A stretch of DNA of 64,000 bases, taken from positions 90,349 through 154,348 of the forward strand of contig CAYWPL010000002.1 in NCBI GenBank assembly GCA_964460365.1, given 5' to 3'. The notes under the pieces were generated by a model, which saw only the letters and a list, made by a program, of their open reading frames with translations, made no database searches and was not told where the DNA came from. This DNA is from an uncultured Candidatus Peribacteria bacterium (lineage in GTDB: Bacteria; Patescibacteriota; Gracilibacteria; Peribacterales; Peribacteraceae). How positions within the stretch are numbered: position 1 is the first letter of the stretch; the number at the start of each line of letters is the position of its first letter. The translations under genes and the position numbers were made by a program. Positions 25,982 to 35,366 of this stretch are shown in pieces.

Positions 25982-26851
25982 TCAGCGCTTCAGTGCTGCC
26001 GCGATCTCGTTCGCCATCGTCTGCGCGGCCGATCGCGCGGTGCTTGCCCAGTCCTTCCTCGTGCTGGCGTAGATGATGCTGCGTGACGCGTTCACGATGG
26101 CCCCGGTCCCGTCCGGGATGAAGCCGTACTTCACGTCCTGCGCGGTGCCGCCCTGGGCGCCGTAGCCGGGGATCAAAAACGGCACGTGCGGCATGAGCGT
26201 GCGGAGATATTTGAGTTCCTCGGGATACGTCGCGCCGACCACGGCGCCGACGCAGGAGAGATTCGTCTCGGGGCCGATGCACGTCGAGGCCCAGCTTTCC
26301 ACGAGCTGCGCCATGTGCTCGTGCACCACTTCGTCGCCGATCGGCAGATCCTGCAGCTCGCCCGAGCTGGCGTTGCTCGTCTTCACCAGCACAAAGATGC
26401 CTTTGTCGTTCTTCACGGCGCGGTCGATGAACGGCTTGATACCGTCGCCGCCGAGGTACGGCGAGACGGTGAGGAAATCCACGGGGCTCGACGCATGCAG
26501 ATATGCGTCCGCGTAGGCGTCGCAGGTCGAACCGATGTCATTGCGCTTGCCGTCGGCGATGACGACGAGGCCCTTGGAGTGCGCGTGCGCGCAGATGTCC
26601 CAGAAGACTTTCATCCCCTCCCAGCCGAGCAACTCGAAGTACGCGAGCTGCGGTTTCACGCACGAGGCGACTTCCGCCACTGCGTCGATGATGCCGTTGC
26701 AGAATGTCGCGATGCCGGAGACGTCGCGGGTGACGCCCTCCGGGAGTTTCTCCATCTGTGGGTCGAGGCCCACGCAGACGGGGGACGTGCGGCTGATGCG
26801 GTCAGTCAGGCGGTCGAGAGCGTGCATGTTTCCATCGTAGCGGAGGTTCAT
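25982..26851 (-). CDS. pyrF: Orotidine 5'-phosphate decarboxylase (type 2)
   Basis: 289 aa. PVCVGLDP, ADGKRNDIGST and PGYGAQGG motifs. Alternative start ATG 26827 (MHALDRL), because the 26851 ATG sits at the centre of a 32-bp palindrome. Confidence 0.88.
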   Translation of the reverse strand: MNLRYDGNMHALDRLTDRISRTSPVCVGLDPQMEKLPEGVTRDVSGIATFCNGIIDAVAEVASCVKPQLAYFELLGWEGMKVFWDICAHAHSKGLVVIADGKRNDIGSTCDAYADAYLHASSPVDFLTVSPYLGGDGIKPFIDRAVKNDKGIFVLVKTSNASSGELQDLPIGDEVVHEHMAQLVESWASTCIGPETNLSCVGAVVGATYPEELKYLRTLMPHVPFLIPGYGAQGGTAQDVKYGFIPDGTGAIVNASRSIIYASTRKDWASTARSAAQTMANEIAAALKR

Positions 26852-26866
26852 GAACCTCCGCTACGA
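26835..26866. repeat. 32-bp perfect palindrome spanning the annotated pyrF start codon
   Basis: tcgtagcggaggttca|tgaacctccgctacga; I verified all 16 base pairs. It contains GGAGG, ATG and the complementary CCTCC. Confidence 0.95.
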
Positions 26867-26880
26867 CACGCGCGGTAGCG

Positions 26881-26913
26881 AAACACCAAAACGGGCGGCC
26901 CGGAGGCCGCCCG
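26881..26913 (-). terminator. Intrinsic terminator of the 357-aa secreted-protein gene
   Basis: Minus strand reads CGGGCGGCC-UCCG-GGCCGCCCG followed by UUUUGGUGUUU, beginning about 20 nt after the stop at 26935. Confidence 0.75.
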
Positions 26914-26934
26914 CAGTTCGCAAATGTGCGGAAA

Positions 26935-28008
26935 TCAGAGCTGGGGCTGGAGCGAGCGCCGGGACGGGCGCTGCATGCCGCAATCGCCGCGGCGGGCGGC
27001 GGCCAGCTGTTCGGCCTCCGTCTCGCCGGGACATCTGGACGTGGCGGCAGCGGGAGGGTTAACAGGCCACTCGTCTTCCGTCCATTCTTCCTCGTTCCAC
27101 TCCGGCTCGGGGACCACTTCCCATTCGGATGGGGAATCCTGGTACTCGCTGAAGGCGCCGGATGGCCAGGCGCCGAGTTTCCTCATAGCCTCCTGCAGAT
27201 CCTGGGCGCCGCGCGGGATCTCCACGACGAGCGGAGCGCTGCGCACTGCGGCGGTGCCCTGCAGCACGACCTCGACTCCCTCCTGGCTGCTCGAGACGTA
27301 GTATTTGACCGAGGCCGGGAGATTGGCGGCGTTCGTCTGCACCTTGAGGTGCACATTCGTCTGCGCGAGGAGCGCGCGCAGATCCATCATGTCGCTTTCG
27401 CTCATCCCCGGCATTTCGCCGTCGCCGCGGGCGGCCATGTCGTTGAGTGCGGTGCGCAAGAACTCGGCACCGTCGGGACGGAGCGTGAGCGAGTAGGTGT
27501 TGCCGGTCTTCTCCATCACCAGGAGGGCGTCGATGACCGTGACCGCGAGATCGCGCATTGTGGCCTCGTCGCCCATGCCGTGCAGTTTCTGCACGTCGGT
27601 CAGCGGGACGGAGAACCAGTTCTTGCCCGCGATCTTGCCCGTGAGCGTGGCGAGCTCGTGATCCGTCACGCCGTCCACGCCGTCGAGGTAGACATAAAAC
27701 ACGCCGTTGACGACGCGCATCTGCATCTTGGCGCGGATCGTCGTCTTGGCTTCCGGCATGACGAGATCAAACGTCATCTTCATGTCGGCTTTGGCGGTCT
27801 CGGGCGTGGAGCTTTCGGCTGATCCTTTCAGCCACACGGATGCGTACATCTCGGGTGCGTGCGTCACGTGGGCTTCGTAGGCGATATCCATCGGCTTGTT
27901 GTGAAACTTCAGCGCGAGCAGCAGATCGCTCGGAGCGGCGTAGGCCGCGAGTGCGATTGTTGGCACCGCGAGGGCCAGTAGCGCGGAAAAGAGAGAGCGA
28001 CGACGCAT
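26935..28008 (-). CDS. Secreted hypothetical protein with Trp/Glu-rich C-terminus
   Basis: 357 aa. Signal peptide MRRRSLFSALLALAVPTIALAAYA. C-terminal SEWEVVPEPEWNEEEWTEDEWP. No family recognised. Confidence 0.8.
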   Translation of the reverse strand: MRRRSLFSALLALAVPTIALAAYAAPSDLLLALKFHNKPMDIAYEAHVTHAPEMYASVWLKGSAESSTPETAKADMKMTFDLVMPEAKTTIRAKMQMRVVNGVFYVYLDGVDGVTDHELATLTGKIAGKNWFSVPLTDVQKLHGMGDEATMRDLAVTVIDALLVMEKTGNTYSLTLRPDGAEFLRTALNDMAARGDGEMPGMSESDMMDLRALLAQTNVHLKVQTNAANLPASVKYYVSSSQEGVEVVLQGTAAVRSAPLVVEIPRGAQDLQEAMRKLGAWPSGAFSEYQDSPSEWEVVPEPEWNEEEWTEDEWPVNPPAAATSRCPGETEAEQLAAARRGDCGMQRPSRRSLQPQL

Positions 28009-28064
28009 GGGCGTGGGAGAGGAATGTGGCCGGATGGTACGACAGACGGCCCCGTCAAACCAGC

Positions 28065-29570
28065 CTATCCGCGGATGCTTTGGCGGTATTGGAGGGCTTC
28101 CGCGACGTGGACGGCCCGAATGGACTCCTCTCCCCCGAGGTCGGCGATGGTGCGCGCTACCTTGATGGTGCGGTGGTAGCTGCGTGCCGACAGGCCAAGC
28201 CGCTCGACAGCCTGCCTGAGCAATTTCTCCGAGTCAGCATCGAGGGGACAGAGTTCGTCGATCTGCTTTACGCTCATCTCCTTATTGGTGCCGATGCTCA
28301 TTCCTGTGAAGCGCTTTGCCTGACGTGCCCGTGCGCCCGCGACCCGTTTGGCGATCGTGGCCGAGTTTTCGGCCCGTGCCTCGGCGCGGCGCTGCAGATC
28401 TCCGATGGGCACCGGCTGCACGTCGATCGTCAGATCGATGCGGTCGAGGAGCGGCGCCGAGATGCGACGTTCGATCTTTTGTGCCGTGCCCGCGCTGTAT
28501 TGCGGCGGATTCATCGCGGCGACCATGATGAAATCCGCCGGGAACGTAATGCTCCCCTGCGCGCGGGTGATGGTGATCTGCCGGTCCTCAAGTGGCTGGC
28601 GCAGCACTTCCAGCACCTGTGCGGGAAATTCGGCGAGTTCATCTAGGAACAAGACGCCGCGGTGCGCGAGGCTGATCTCGCCCGGGCCCGGGATCTGTCC
28701 GCCACCCACGATGGAGACGCCGCTGGCGGTGTGATGCACCAGGCGGAAGGGGCGGCTGCGGAGGAGCGGCGAATCTTTGGGCAGTAAATTGGCGACCGAG
28801 TAAATCTGTGTCACCTCGATGGATTCTTCAGGTGTGAGCGGCGGTAAAATGCCCCGAAATGCCCGTGCGAGTAGCGTTTTTCCCGATCCAGGTGCTCCGG
28901 AGAGCAGCACGTTGTGCCCGCCAGCGGCAGCGATCTCCAGCGCGCGCTTGGCCTGCTCTTGGCCGCGGACGTCCTCGAAGTCCGTCAGTTCCATCGCGCC
29001 GCGTTCCGGAATCACGACCGTTTCTCGGGCGATGATGGCATCCGGCTGGCGCCTGCCCGCGAGAATATCCACCAGTTCCTGCAGGCTCGCCACCGCGATG
29101 ATGTCGAGGCCCGGGATCAGTGCGGCTTCGGGGCCGTTCACGGCGGGAACGACGAGCGTCTTGATGCCGCACCGCTGGCACGCGACGGCGGCCGGGAGCA
29201 CGCCCGAGATATGCCGCAGCGATCCGTCCAGCGCGAGCTCGCCGACGAATGCGATCTCCGCAAGGCGCTCCGTGGGGATCTCGATGATGTCATGCGCGAG
29301 AAGGATGCCAAGCGCGATCGGCAGGTCGTAGCGCGGGCCGACCTTGCGGATGTCCGCGGGTGCGAGGTTCACGGTGATGACGCGGCCGGTGGGAAACTTG
29401 AACCCGCTGTGGCGGAGTGCCATGCGTACGCGCTGCTTGCTCTCCTGCACGGCGGCGTCGCCGAGGCCGACGATGTGGATCTTCGCTTCACCGGGAATGG
29501 AGCCCACCTCGACGGTGATGCGCTCGCTCTTGAGTCCGATGTTCGCAAAGGAGGTCAACTGGGTGAGCAT
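28065..29570 (-). CDS. comM: Mg-chelatase-like AAA+ protein YifB/ComM
   Basis: ORF to 29612 (GTG); ATG 29570 gives MLTQLTSFANIG. Lon-like N-domain, Walker A LLSGAPGSGKT, GVLFLDEL, and a ChlI-type C-terminus. Confidence 0.9.
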   Translation of the reverse strand: MLTQLTSFANIGLKSERITVEVGSIPGEAKIHIVGLGDAAVQESKQRVRMALRHSGFKFPTGRVITVNLAPADIRKVGPRYDLPIALGILLAHDIIEIPTERLAEIAFVGELALDGSLRHISGVLPAAVACQRCGIKTLVVPAVNGPEAALIPGLDIIAVASLQELVDILAGRRQPDAIIARETVVIPERGAMELTDFEDVRGQEQAKRALEIAAAGGHNVLLSGAPGSGKTLLARAFRGILPPLTPEESIEVTQIYSVANLLPKDSPLLRSRPFRLVHHTASGVSIVGGGQIPGPGEISLAHRGVLFLDELAEFPAQVLEVLRQPLEDRQITITRAQGSITFPADFIMVAAMNPPQYSAGTAQKIERRISAPLLDRIDLTIDVQPVPIGDLQRRAEARAENSATIAKRVAGARARQAKRFTGMSIGTNKEMSVKQIDELCPLDADSEKLLRQAVERLGLSARSYHRTIKVARTIADLGGEESIRAVHVAEALQYRQSIRG

Positions 29571-29780
29571 GTGGCTAAGGAAAACAACACCGATGACTGT
29601 ACGGACGTACACCTATTTTTCGCAAGTCATAAAGGGTAGACATTCGTACACCTTGATGGTCTCTGCGAGTCATCGTGCGTTGCCTGCGCGGTGCCGCGCG
29701 TGGGACGATGTTCAGACAAACGGACATCGCGCATGACCCGCTTTCCACCTCCTCCTCCGGCGTCTTCGTCCTCCGCCACC

Positions 29781-30128
29781 ATGAAGACGGGCATGACTGG
29801 CGAGCGCTCCGCGGAGGCGTATCTCGTGTCGCTCGGGTACGACATCCGCGGACGCAACGTGCGCGTGGGCAAAGGCGAGATTGACCTGCTCGCGTACGAC
29901 CACGGTGACGGCGTGCTGGTCTTTGCCGAAGTGAAATCTCGGTCGCGCGGCGACGATGACTACCGTCCGGATCTCAATCTCACGCCCACAAAGAGGCGGG
30001 CTATGGCATCGGCCGCGCGGGCATGGGTCGCCAGGCACTCCTACGACGACGGCTACCGACTGGACCTGCTCTGTGTTGTCGATGGACTGGTGACGGACCA
30101 TCTGCGGGAGATCGCGTGGGGTGACTGA
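29781..30128 (+). CDS. yraN: YraN-family (UPF0102) endonuclease-like protein
   Basis: ORF from 29691; ATG 29781 gives MKTGMTGERSAEAYLVSLGYDIRGRNVRVGKGEIDLLAYD...VFAEVKSR, the YraN signature. Confidence 0.85.
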   Translation: MKTGMTGERSAEAYLVSLGYDIRGRNVRVGKGEIDLLAYDHGDGVLVFAEVKSRSRGDDDYRPDLNLTPTKRRAMASAARAWVARHSYDDGYRLDLLCVVDGLVTDHLREIAWGD

Positions 30129-30132
30129 CCGC

Positions 30133-30840
30133 TCACGCGTGCAGCAGCACCGTCAGGTTTCCTCCCGGGAAGAGTGTTTTGAGCGGCCAGCGTTTTTCGT
30201 CTTCGGCGCTCGCGGTCATGGCATCGAGGGTTTTGCGCTTCTTGTCGCCCTTCAGGAGCAGCAGGCTCTTGGCCGCGCTTGTGAGCACCGGCACGGTCAC
30301 CGTGATGCGGTCGCGCACGGCGAAACGCTCCGTGACGGTGTGTGCGGCGAGCGCGGGGCCGTATACGAGATCGCTCAGCGGCGGAAAGAGTGATGCGATA
30401 TGGCCGTCATCGCCGAGCCCGAGCGTGACGATATCGGCGTGGCCGTGCTCGTCGAACAGCCGCTTGAGGTCGCGGTCGTAGGTCAGCACGCACTCGCCGA
30501 TATCCAGATCCGTCTTGGGCGCGACAACGTGCTCGGCCTCGTAGACGCCCGCGTCGTGCAAGAGCGTTTCGCGGATCATGCACAGGTTGCTCTCGGGGCT
30601 CTCGTCCGAAATATGGCGCTCATCCACCAGAAACATCCACACGCGGTTCCATTCGATATCCGTTTCCTTCCCCAGCGCCTCAAACACGGGTCGTGGCGTG
30701 GAACCGCCGGAGAGACCGATCACGCATTCGCCCCGTTCGTCGAAGGCAGTCTCAATGGCGTCGCGCAGTAGCGTGACGGCGCGCGCGATGAAGGCTTCGT
30801 CGGAGGGCGACTCAATGTAGGTGTAAGGCAGAGCGGTCAT
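30133..30840 (-). CDS. pgl: 6-phosphogluconolactonase
   Basis: 235 aa. CVIGLSGGSTPRPVFEAL, VDERHI, LGLGDDGHIASLFP. Confidence 0.88.
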   Translation of the reverse strand: MTALPYTYIESPSDEAFIARAVTLLRDAIETAFDERGECVIGLSGGSTPRPVFEALGKETDIEWNRVWMFLVDERHISDESPESNLCMIRETLLHDAGVYEAEHVVAPKTDLDIGECVLTYDRDLKRLFDEHGHADIVTLGLGDDGHIASLFPPLSDLVYGPALAAHTVTERFAVRDRITVTVPVLTSAAKSLLLLKGDKKRKTLDAMTASAEDEKRWPLKTLFPGGNLTVLLHA

Positions 30841-30867
30841 TGCCTCAGCCTACCAGAGCGCACAGTC

Positions 30868-32313
30868 TCAAAACCACTTCACGCCGTCCCGGGCGATCCA
30901 CGCGTCTGCTTCCTCTGGTCCGCTGGAACCGGCGGGATAGGTGTACAGCGGAGTCGTCGCCTTTTCCAGATGCGCCTGCACCGGATCGATCAGCCGCCAG
31001 GACGTGCGCACTTCCTCCGGTTGTAGGAACCAGTGACGCTTGCCGTGAATGGCTTCCAGGAGAAGTCCCCCGTGTTCGGGGAGGCAGTCGCCCATGCACA
31101 CGAGCGGGTCTTCCAGCACGAGCGGGCGGAACGACGGCTCCGTGCCGCCGAGCTTGGTCTGCAAAAAGATGCGCATGCCGGCCTCGCCTTGCAGGATGAT
31201 ATCCACGCGGTTCGGTCCGCTGCCCGGTCCCACCACGCGCGGTTCCTGGAACTGCACAGAGATGCGCGTTTCCTTTTTACCGAGGCGCTTGCCCGACCGC
31301 AGGTAGAACGGCACGCCCTGCCAGCGCGATTCCTTGTTGAAGAGCCGCATCGCCGCGAACGTGTTCGTGCGCGAGCCCGGCGCCACTCCTTCTTCGTGCA
31401 GATAACCCGTCACCGTCTCGCCGCGCACGTTGCCCTCGGTGTACTGGGCCTGCATGACGATATCGTCAAGGTTGGCGGCCGGCGGCAGGTAGAACTGGTC
31501 CAGTGCGTTGAAGCGGCTCTCGCGCAATCCCTCGTTCGTATCCTTAATGTGCATTGTCAGGAGCGAGGCGATCATCAGCAGATGGCTCTGGAACATGTCG
31601 CGGAACGTGCCCGTGGATTCGAAGTAGCCCGCGCGTCCTTCCAGTCCCATGGACTCCGACGCGGTGATCTCCACGTGATGGATGAGCGTGTTTTTGAACA
31701 GGCGTTCGAGGATGGGGTTGGCGAAGCGCAGGTAGTAGACGTTGCGCACGGCCTCTTTTCCCAGGTAATGATCGAGGAGGTAGATCTCCTCCTCCGAAAA
31801 GCAGCTCATGAGCTCTTTGCGCAACGACTCGAAACTGGCGAGGTCGTGGCCGACCGGCTTTTCCACGATGCAGCGGAAGTCTTTGTCTTTCGCGTGGATG
31901 CCGCCGAGGCAGATATTCTTCAGCACGGCGGAGAAGGCGCTCGGCGGGATCGAGAGGTACGCCAAGCGCACAGTCTGCTCCCAGCCTTTTTCGATCTCCT
32001 TGAGCGAGGTGCCCAGTGCGCGGAAGTCTTCGGTCTTGTCGTACTGGCCGGTGCGGTAGTGGACGTGCGTCAGGAATTCCTCCAGGGTCTTGCGGTTCAC
32101 TTCCGGCATCTGCGCACGCACGGAAGTCTCCACGAGCTTGCGGAATTCGGCGTCGGTCATCGGCGAACGCGCGTATCCGATGATCGCGTAATCGCGCGGG
32201 AAACGCTTCTTGAGTGCCAGCACGTAGAGCGCGGGATAGATCTTCAGCTTGGCCAGGTTTCCCGAGGCCCCGAAGAGGATGAAGCTGAACGGCGAGGATG
32301 TGGAGAGCGCCAT
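30868..32313 (-). CDS. zwf: Glucose-6-phosphate 1-dehydrogenase
   Basis: ORF to 32682, but the first 123 codons are Arg/Ser/Pro-rich. ATG 32313 gives MALSTSSPFSFILFGASGNLAKLKIYPAL (NADP-binding GASGDLA-like). EKPVGHDL and RIDHYLGKE-like (LLDHYLGKEAVRN) motifs. Confidence 0.9.
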   Translation of the reverse strand: MALSTSSPFSFILFGASGNLAKLKIYPALYVLALKKRFPRDYAIIGYARSPMTDAEFRKLVETSVRAQMPEVNRKTLEEFLTHVHYRTGQYDKTEDFRALGTSLKEIEKGWEQTVRLAYLSIPPSAFSAVLKNICLGGIHAKDKDFRCIVEKPVGHDLASFESLRKELMSCFSEEEIYLLDHYLGKEAVRNVYYLRFANPILERLFKNTLIHHVEITASESMGLEGRAGYFESTGTFRDMFQSHLLMIASLLTMHIKDTNEGLRESRFNALDQFYLPPAANLDDIVMQAQYTEGNVRGETVTGYLHEEGVAPGSRTNTFAAMRLFNKESRWQGVPFYLRSGKRLGKKETRISVQFQEPRVVGPGSGPNRVDIILQGEAGMRIFLQTKLGGTEPSFRPLVLEDPLVCMGDCLPEHGGLLLEAIHGKRHWFLQPEEVRTSWRLIDPVQAHLEKATTPLYTYPAGSSGPEEADAWIARDGVKWF

Positions 32314-32347
32314 GAGAAGCCTTATTGTAGACGAGCGCGTTCCGTCA

Positions 32348-33175
32348 TCAATCGATTCCGGACATGAGCGGATCGGGCACGACGCCAGGCACCGCATCAT
32401 CGGTGCGGGCGTAGGTGAGCGCGATGTGCTCCAGTTCCTCCGGCGTGAGCGGTGCGGGTGATGCGCAACGGTCGAGCAGCTTCTCCCAGTGATACATCTC
32501 GCCCGGCTTGCGGTCGGGGTTGGCGAGGTGGCGCGCCCAGCCCTGCGCGATCTTCGACGCGAACTGCCTGGAATTGCGCACGGGGAAGTGTGCGAGAGCA
32601 AGAGACGTCGAGAACACCGATCGGCATGCGGGCCCGCTCGTTCCATCATACAGCAGATGGCTGCCGAGCGAGAGCGACGCATCGGGCAGGCGGGCGAGTG
32701 GGCCGGGAACGAGGGCTTTGTGGAATTGCGGCGATTCTTCGTCGCGTCGGTAGCGGATGCGCCGGGGCGGCGAGGGTTCGGATGCGCTGTCGCTGGGCCG
32801 GGGGACGTAGGTTTTCCACGGCAGGAGCGTCACGGCGTCGCGCGGTGCAGCATTGAGCGCAGCATCCAACGTCGTGCTCCCGTGCACCGCAAGAAACTCA
32901 TCCGCGTCCAATGGCAGAATCCAGTCGGCATCGAGCGCGGCGGCTTCGCGGAGCAGGGCGGTGAGCGCTTTGGACTGATGATGCACGGGCGTCGGATCGC
33001 CGCGCAGATCGAGCGGAAGCCCTTCATCGTTGAGAGAAGCGAGGATCGCGGGCGTGTCGTCGGTGCTGCCATTATCGATGATGATCATCCGGTCCGCGAA
33101 CGGCGCGTGGTGCCGGACGAACGCCTCGATGATGTCCGCTTCGTTGCGGACCCAGCTGATCGTGACGAGGCGCAT
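32348..33175 (-). CDS. Glycosyltransferase family 2-like protein
   Basis: 275 aa. MRLVTISWVRNEADIIEAFVRHHAPFADRMIIIDNGSTDDT and LPLDADEF (DxD-like). Confidence 0.7.
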   Translation of the reverse strand: MRLVTISWVRNEADIIEAFVRHHAPFADRMIIIDNGSTDDTPAILASLNDEGLPLDLRGDPTPVHHQSKALTALLREAAALDADWILPLDADEFLAVHGSTTLDAALNAAPRDAVTLLPWKTYVPRPSDSASEPSPPRRIRYRRDEESPQFHKALVPGPLARLPDASLSLGSHLLYDGTSGPACRSVFSTSLALAHFPVRNSRQFASKIAQGWARHLANPDRKPGEMYHWEKLLDRCASPAPLTPEELEHIALTYARTDDAVPGVVPDPLMSGID

Positions 33176-33206
33176 AGCGACTGCATGCTACCATCCGTCT
33201 TATCCC

Positions 33207-33926
33207 ATGCAGAGCTACGAACAGTTCATCGCGTCGATCTCCTTCCGGTTCATCCGGCCGTGGATGCCGTTGCCCGTGGCGTTCGCGTGCTGGATGCAGC
33301 GCGGCCACGAGGCGTGGCGCGAGGCGTATAACCTGCGGGTCAAAGGCGATTACCGCAACGTCCGCTGTCAGATCCGCCCACTGTGTATCCTGCCGCGCAT
33401 GTCGACCATCGCCATCGGCTGCCTGCTCAACGAGGCGGTGCACCGCATGGACCCCGCGCACGCGTACGTGAATGTCGGCGTATGGTACGGGTTCAGTTTC
33501 TTCTGCGGCGCGTGCGGCAACCCGCGCAAGACGTGTATAGCCGTCGACAACTTCTCGCAGTTCGGCGCCCCGCGCGAAGACTTCCTCCGCGAGTTCGCGG
33601 ATCGCACAAGCGAATGCCAGCAGTTCCACGACATGGACTATCGCGGGTACTTCGCGCGCACGCATCGCGGGCCGATCGGCGTCTATTTCTACGACGGCGA
33701 GCACACCTACGTTCACCAGATGGAAGGCCTGCGCCTCGCGGAACCGCACTTCGCGCCCGGGTGCATCATCTTCGTCGACGATACCAACTGGGACGAGCCG
33801 CGCCGCGCGACGGAGGATTTCCTCGCACGGCATCCCGGCGAATACGAGACGCTGCTCAATGTCCGCACGTCCGGTAACCGCCATCCTACCTGGTGGAACG
33901 GGCTGATGGTGCTGCGGAAAATATGA
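33207..33926 (+). CDS. Class I SAM-dependent methyltransferase (TylF/Methyltransf_24-like)
   Basis: ORF from 33030 overlaps the divergent GT2 gene; ATG 33207 gives MQSYEQF. VNVGVWYGFSF, CIAVDNFSQF, YFYDGEHTY, IIFVDDTNWDEPR. Confidence 0.7.
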   Translation: MQSYEQFIASISFRFIRPWMPLPVAFACWMQRGHEAWREAYNLRVKGDYRNVRCQIRPLCILPRMSTIAIGCLLNEAVHRMDPAHAYVNVGVWYGFSFFCGACGNPRKTCIAVDNFSQFGAPREDFLREFADRTSECQQFHDMDYRGYFARTHRGPIGVYFYDGEHTYVHQMEGLRLAEPHFAPGCIIFVDDTNWDEPRRATEDFLARHPGEYETLLNVRTSGNRHPTWWNGLMVLRKI

Positions 33927-33974
33927 GAGTCTTGCGCGACGGCGCGTCGCTGGTACGCTGTGCGCACATCATCG

Positions 33975-34076
33975 CCTATCCAGAGTGATGCGAAGGGAAC
34001 TGGCCCGTCAGACGCATCCCCCAACTTGCCCCGTGCGGCGTAGTGGGAACTCCAGCCCCTCTGGGGGAGAGATATG
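33975..34076 (+). promoter_or_regulatory. SAM-I-type riboswitch aptamer upstream of metK
   Basis: CCUAUC-CAGAG-UGAUGC-GAAGGGAACUGGCCCGUCAGACGCAUCCCCCAAC...GUGGGAACUCCAGC...GGAGAGAUAUG. P1 is UAUC/GAUA, with the AGAG junction, GGGA..CUGGCCC core and UCCAGC element in the consensus order of SAM-I as I remember it. Located 67 nt before the metK ATG. Confidence 0.75.
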
Positions 34077-34084
34077 TCCATATC

Positions 34085-34111
34085 ACTCTTCTGCACAGGG
34101 AGAGTTCTTTT
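34085..34111 (+). terminator. Riboswitch expression-platform terminator
   Basis: ACUCUUC-UGCACAG-GGAGAGU followed by UCUUUU. The segment AUAUCACUCUUC can alternatively pair with the P1 3' strand GAGAGAUAU. Confidence 0.6.
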
Positions 34112-34142
34112 GGGTCTTCATCATTCATTCTTCTTCCTCTTT

Positions 34143-35297
34143 ATGTCCCGCTTCTTCACCTCCGAGTCGGTCACCGAAGGCCACCCCGATAAGATCTGCG
34201 ACCAGATCAGCGATGCCATCCTCGACGATGCGCTGTCCCGCGATCCGCACGCGCACGTTGCCGCCGAGTGCCTCGTCACCACGGGGCTCGTGGTCGTGGC
34301 CGGCGAGATCAAGACCAGCGGCTACATTCCCATCGCCGACGTCGCGCGCGAGACGATCCGCCAGATCGGCTACGACGACGCCGTGTATGGCTTCGACCAC
34401 AAGGCGTGCGCCGTGATGGTCTGCGTGGGCGAGCAAAGTTCCGATATCGACATGGGCGTGGCGGAACAGAAGAAAAAAGAGGAGCAGGGCGCGGGCGACC
34501 AGGGCCTGATGTTCGGCTACGCCTGCGACGAGACGCCGGAACTGATGCCGCTGCCGATCTCGCTGGCGCACCAGCTCACGCGCAAGCTCGCGGACGTCCG
34601 CAAGCAGAAGGATCTGACATGGCTCCGTCCCGACGGCAAGAGTCAGGTGACCGTGCAGTACTCTGACGACGGCACGCCCGAGCGCGTCGATTGCGTCGTG
34701 CTCAGCACGCAGCACGCCGACACCGTCACGCACGAGCAAATTTGTAAAGATATCAAGGCGCTCGTGATCGAGCCGGTGTGCGGCAAGTACCTCGATGCGC
34801 GCACTAAGTACCACATCAACCCGACGGGCCGCTTTGTCATCGGCGGACCGCCGGGCGACTGCGGACTGACAGGTCGCAAGATCATCGTCGATACCTACGG
34901 CGGATACAGCCGCCACGGCGGCGGTGCCTTCTCGGGCAAAGACCCGAGCAAGGTCGACCGCTCGGCCGCGTATGCCGCGCGCTGGGTCGCCAAGCACATC
35001 GTCAAAGCGGGACTCGCCCGCAAGTGCGAGGTGCAGGTGGCATACGCCATCGGCGTCGCCGCGCCGGTCTCCATTCGCGTGGATACGTTTGGCACGGGCA
35101 CCGTCCCTGACGCGAAACTCGAAAATGCGATCACGCAGGTGTTCGATCTCCGTCCCGCCGCGATCATCCGCGATCTCGACCTCCTCCGCCCGCAGTATCG
35201 GGCGCTCGCCGCCTACGGCCACCTCGGCCGCGAGGATCTGGGCGTGAAATGGGAGATCTGCGACCGCGTGGATGCACTCAAGAAAGCAGTTGCCTGA
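34143..35297 (+). CDS. metK: S-adenosylmethionine synthetase
   Basis: ORF from 34074; ATG 34143 gives [60 protein letters not shown]. Confidence 0.95.
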   Translation: MSRFFTSESVTEGHPDKICDQISDAILDDALSRDPHAHVAAECLVTTGLVVVAGEIKTSGYIPIADVARETIRQIGYDDAVYGFDHKACAVMVCVGEQSSDIDMGVAEQKKKEEQGAGDQGLMFGYACDETPELMPLPISLAHQLTRKLADVRKQKDLTWLRPDGKSQVTVQYSDDGTPERVDCVVLSTQHADTVTHEQICKDIKALVIEPVCGKYLDARTKYHINPTGRFVIGGPPGDCGLTGRKIIVDTYGGYSRHGGGAFSGKDPSKVDRSAAYAARWVAKHIVKAGLARKCEVQVAYAIGVAAPVSIRVDTFGTGTVPDAKLENAITQVFDLRPAAIIRDLDLLRPQYRALAAYGHLGREDLGVKWEICDRVDALKKAVA

Positions 35298-35366
35298 TCG
35301 TGCTGCCCGCGTCGAACCTCGCGTTCTGCGACAAGTAAACCTCCCGGATGGCGCTATACTGCCGTC

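Noticed and set aside
26850-27062. 70-aa plus-strand ORF starting MNLRYD, identical to the first residues of the pyrF ORF
   Set aside because: It is a mirror artefact of the 32-bp perfect palindrome. The rest is Arg/Ala/Gly-rich and crosses a terminator.
32314-32682. 123-codon N-terminal extension of the zwf ORF
   Set aside because: Arg/Ser/Pro-rich and it overlaps the upstream GT2 gene. The conserved NADP-binding N-terminus begins right after ATG 32313.
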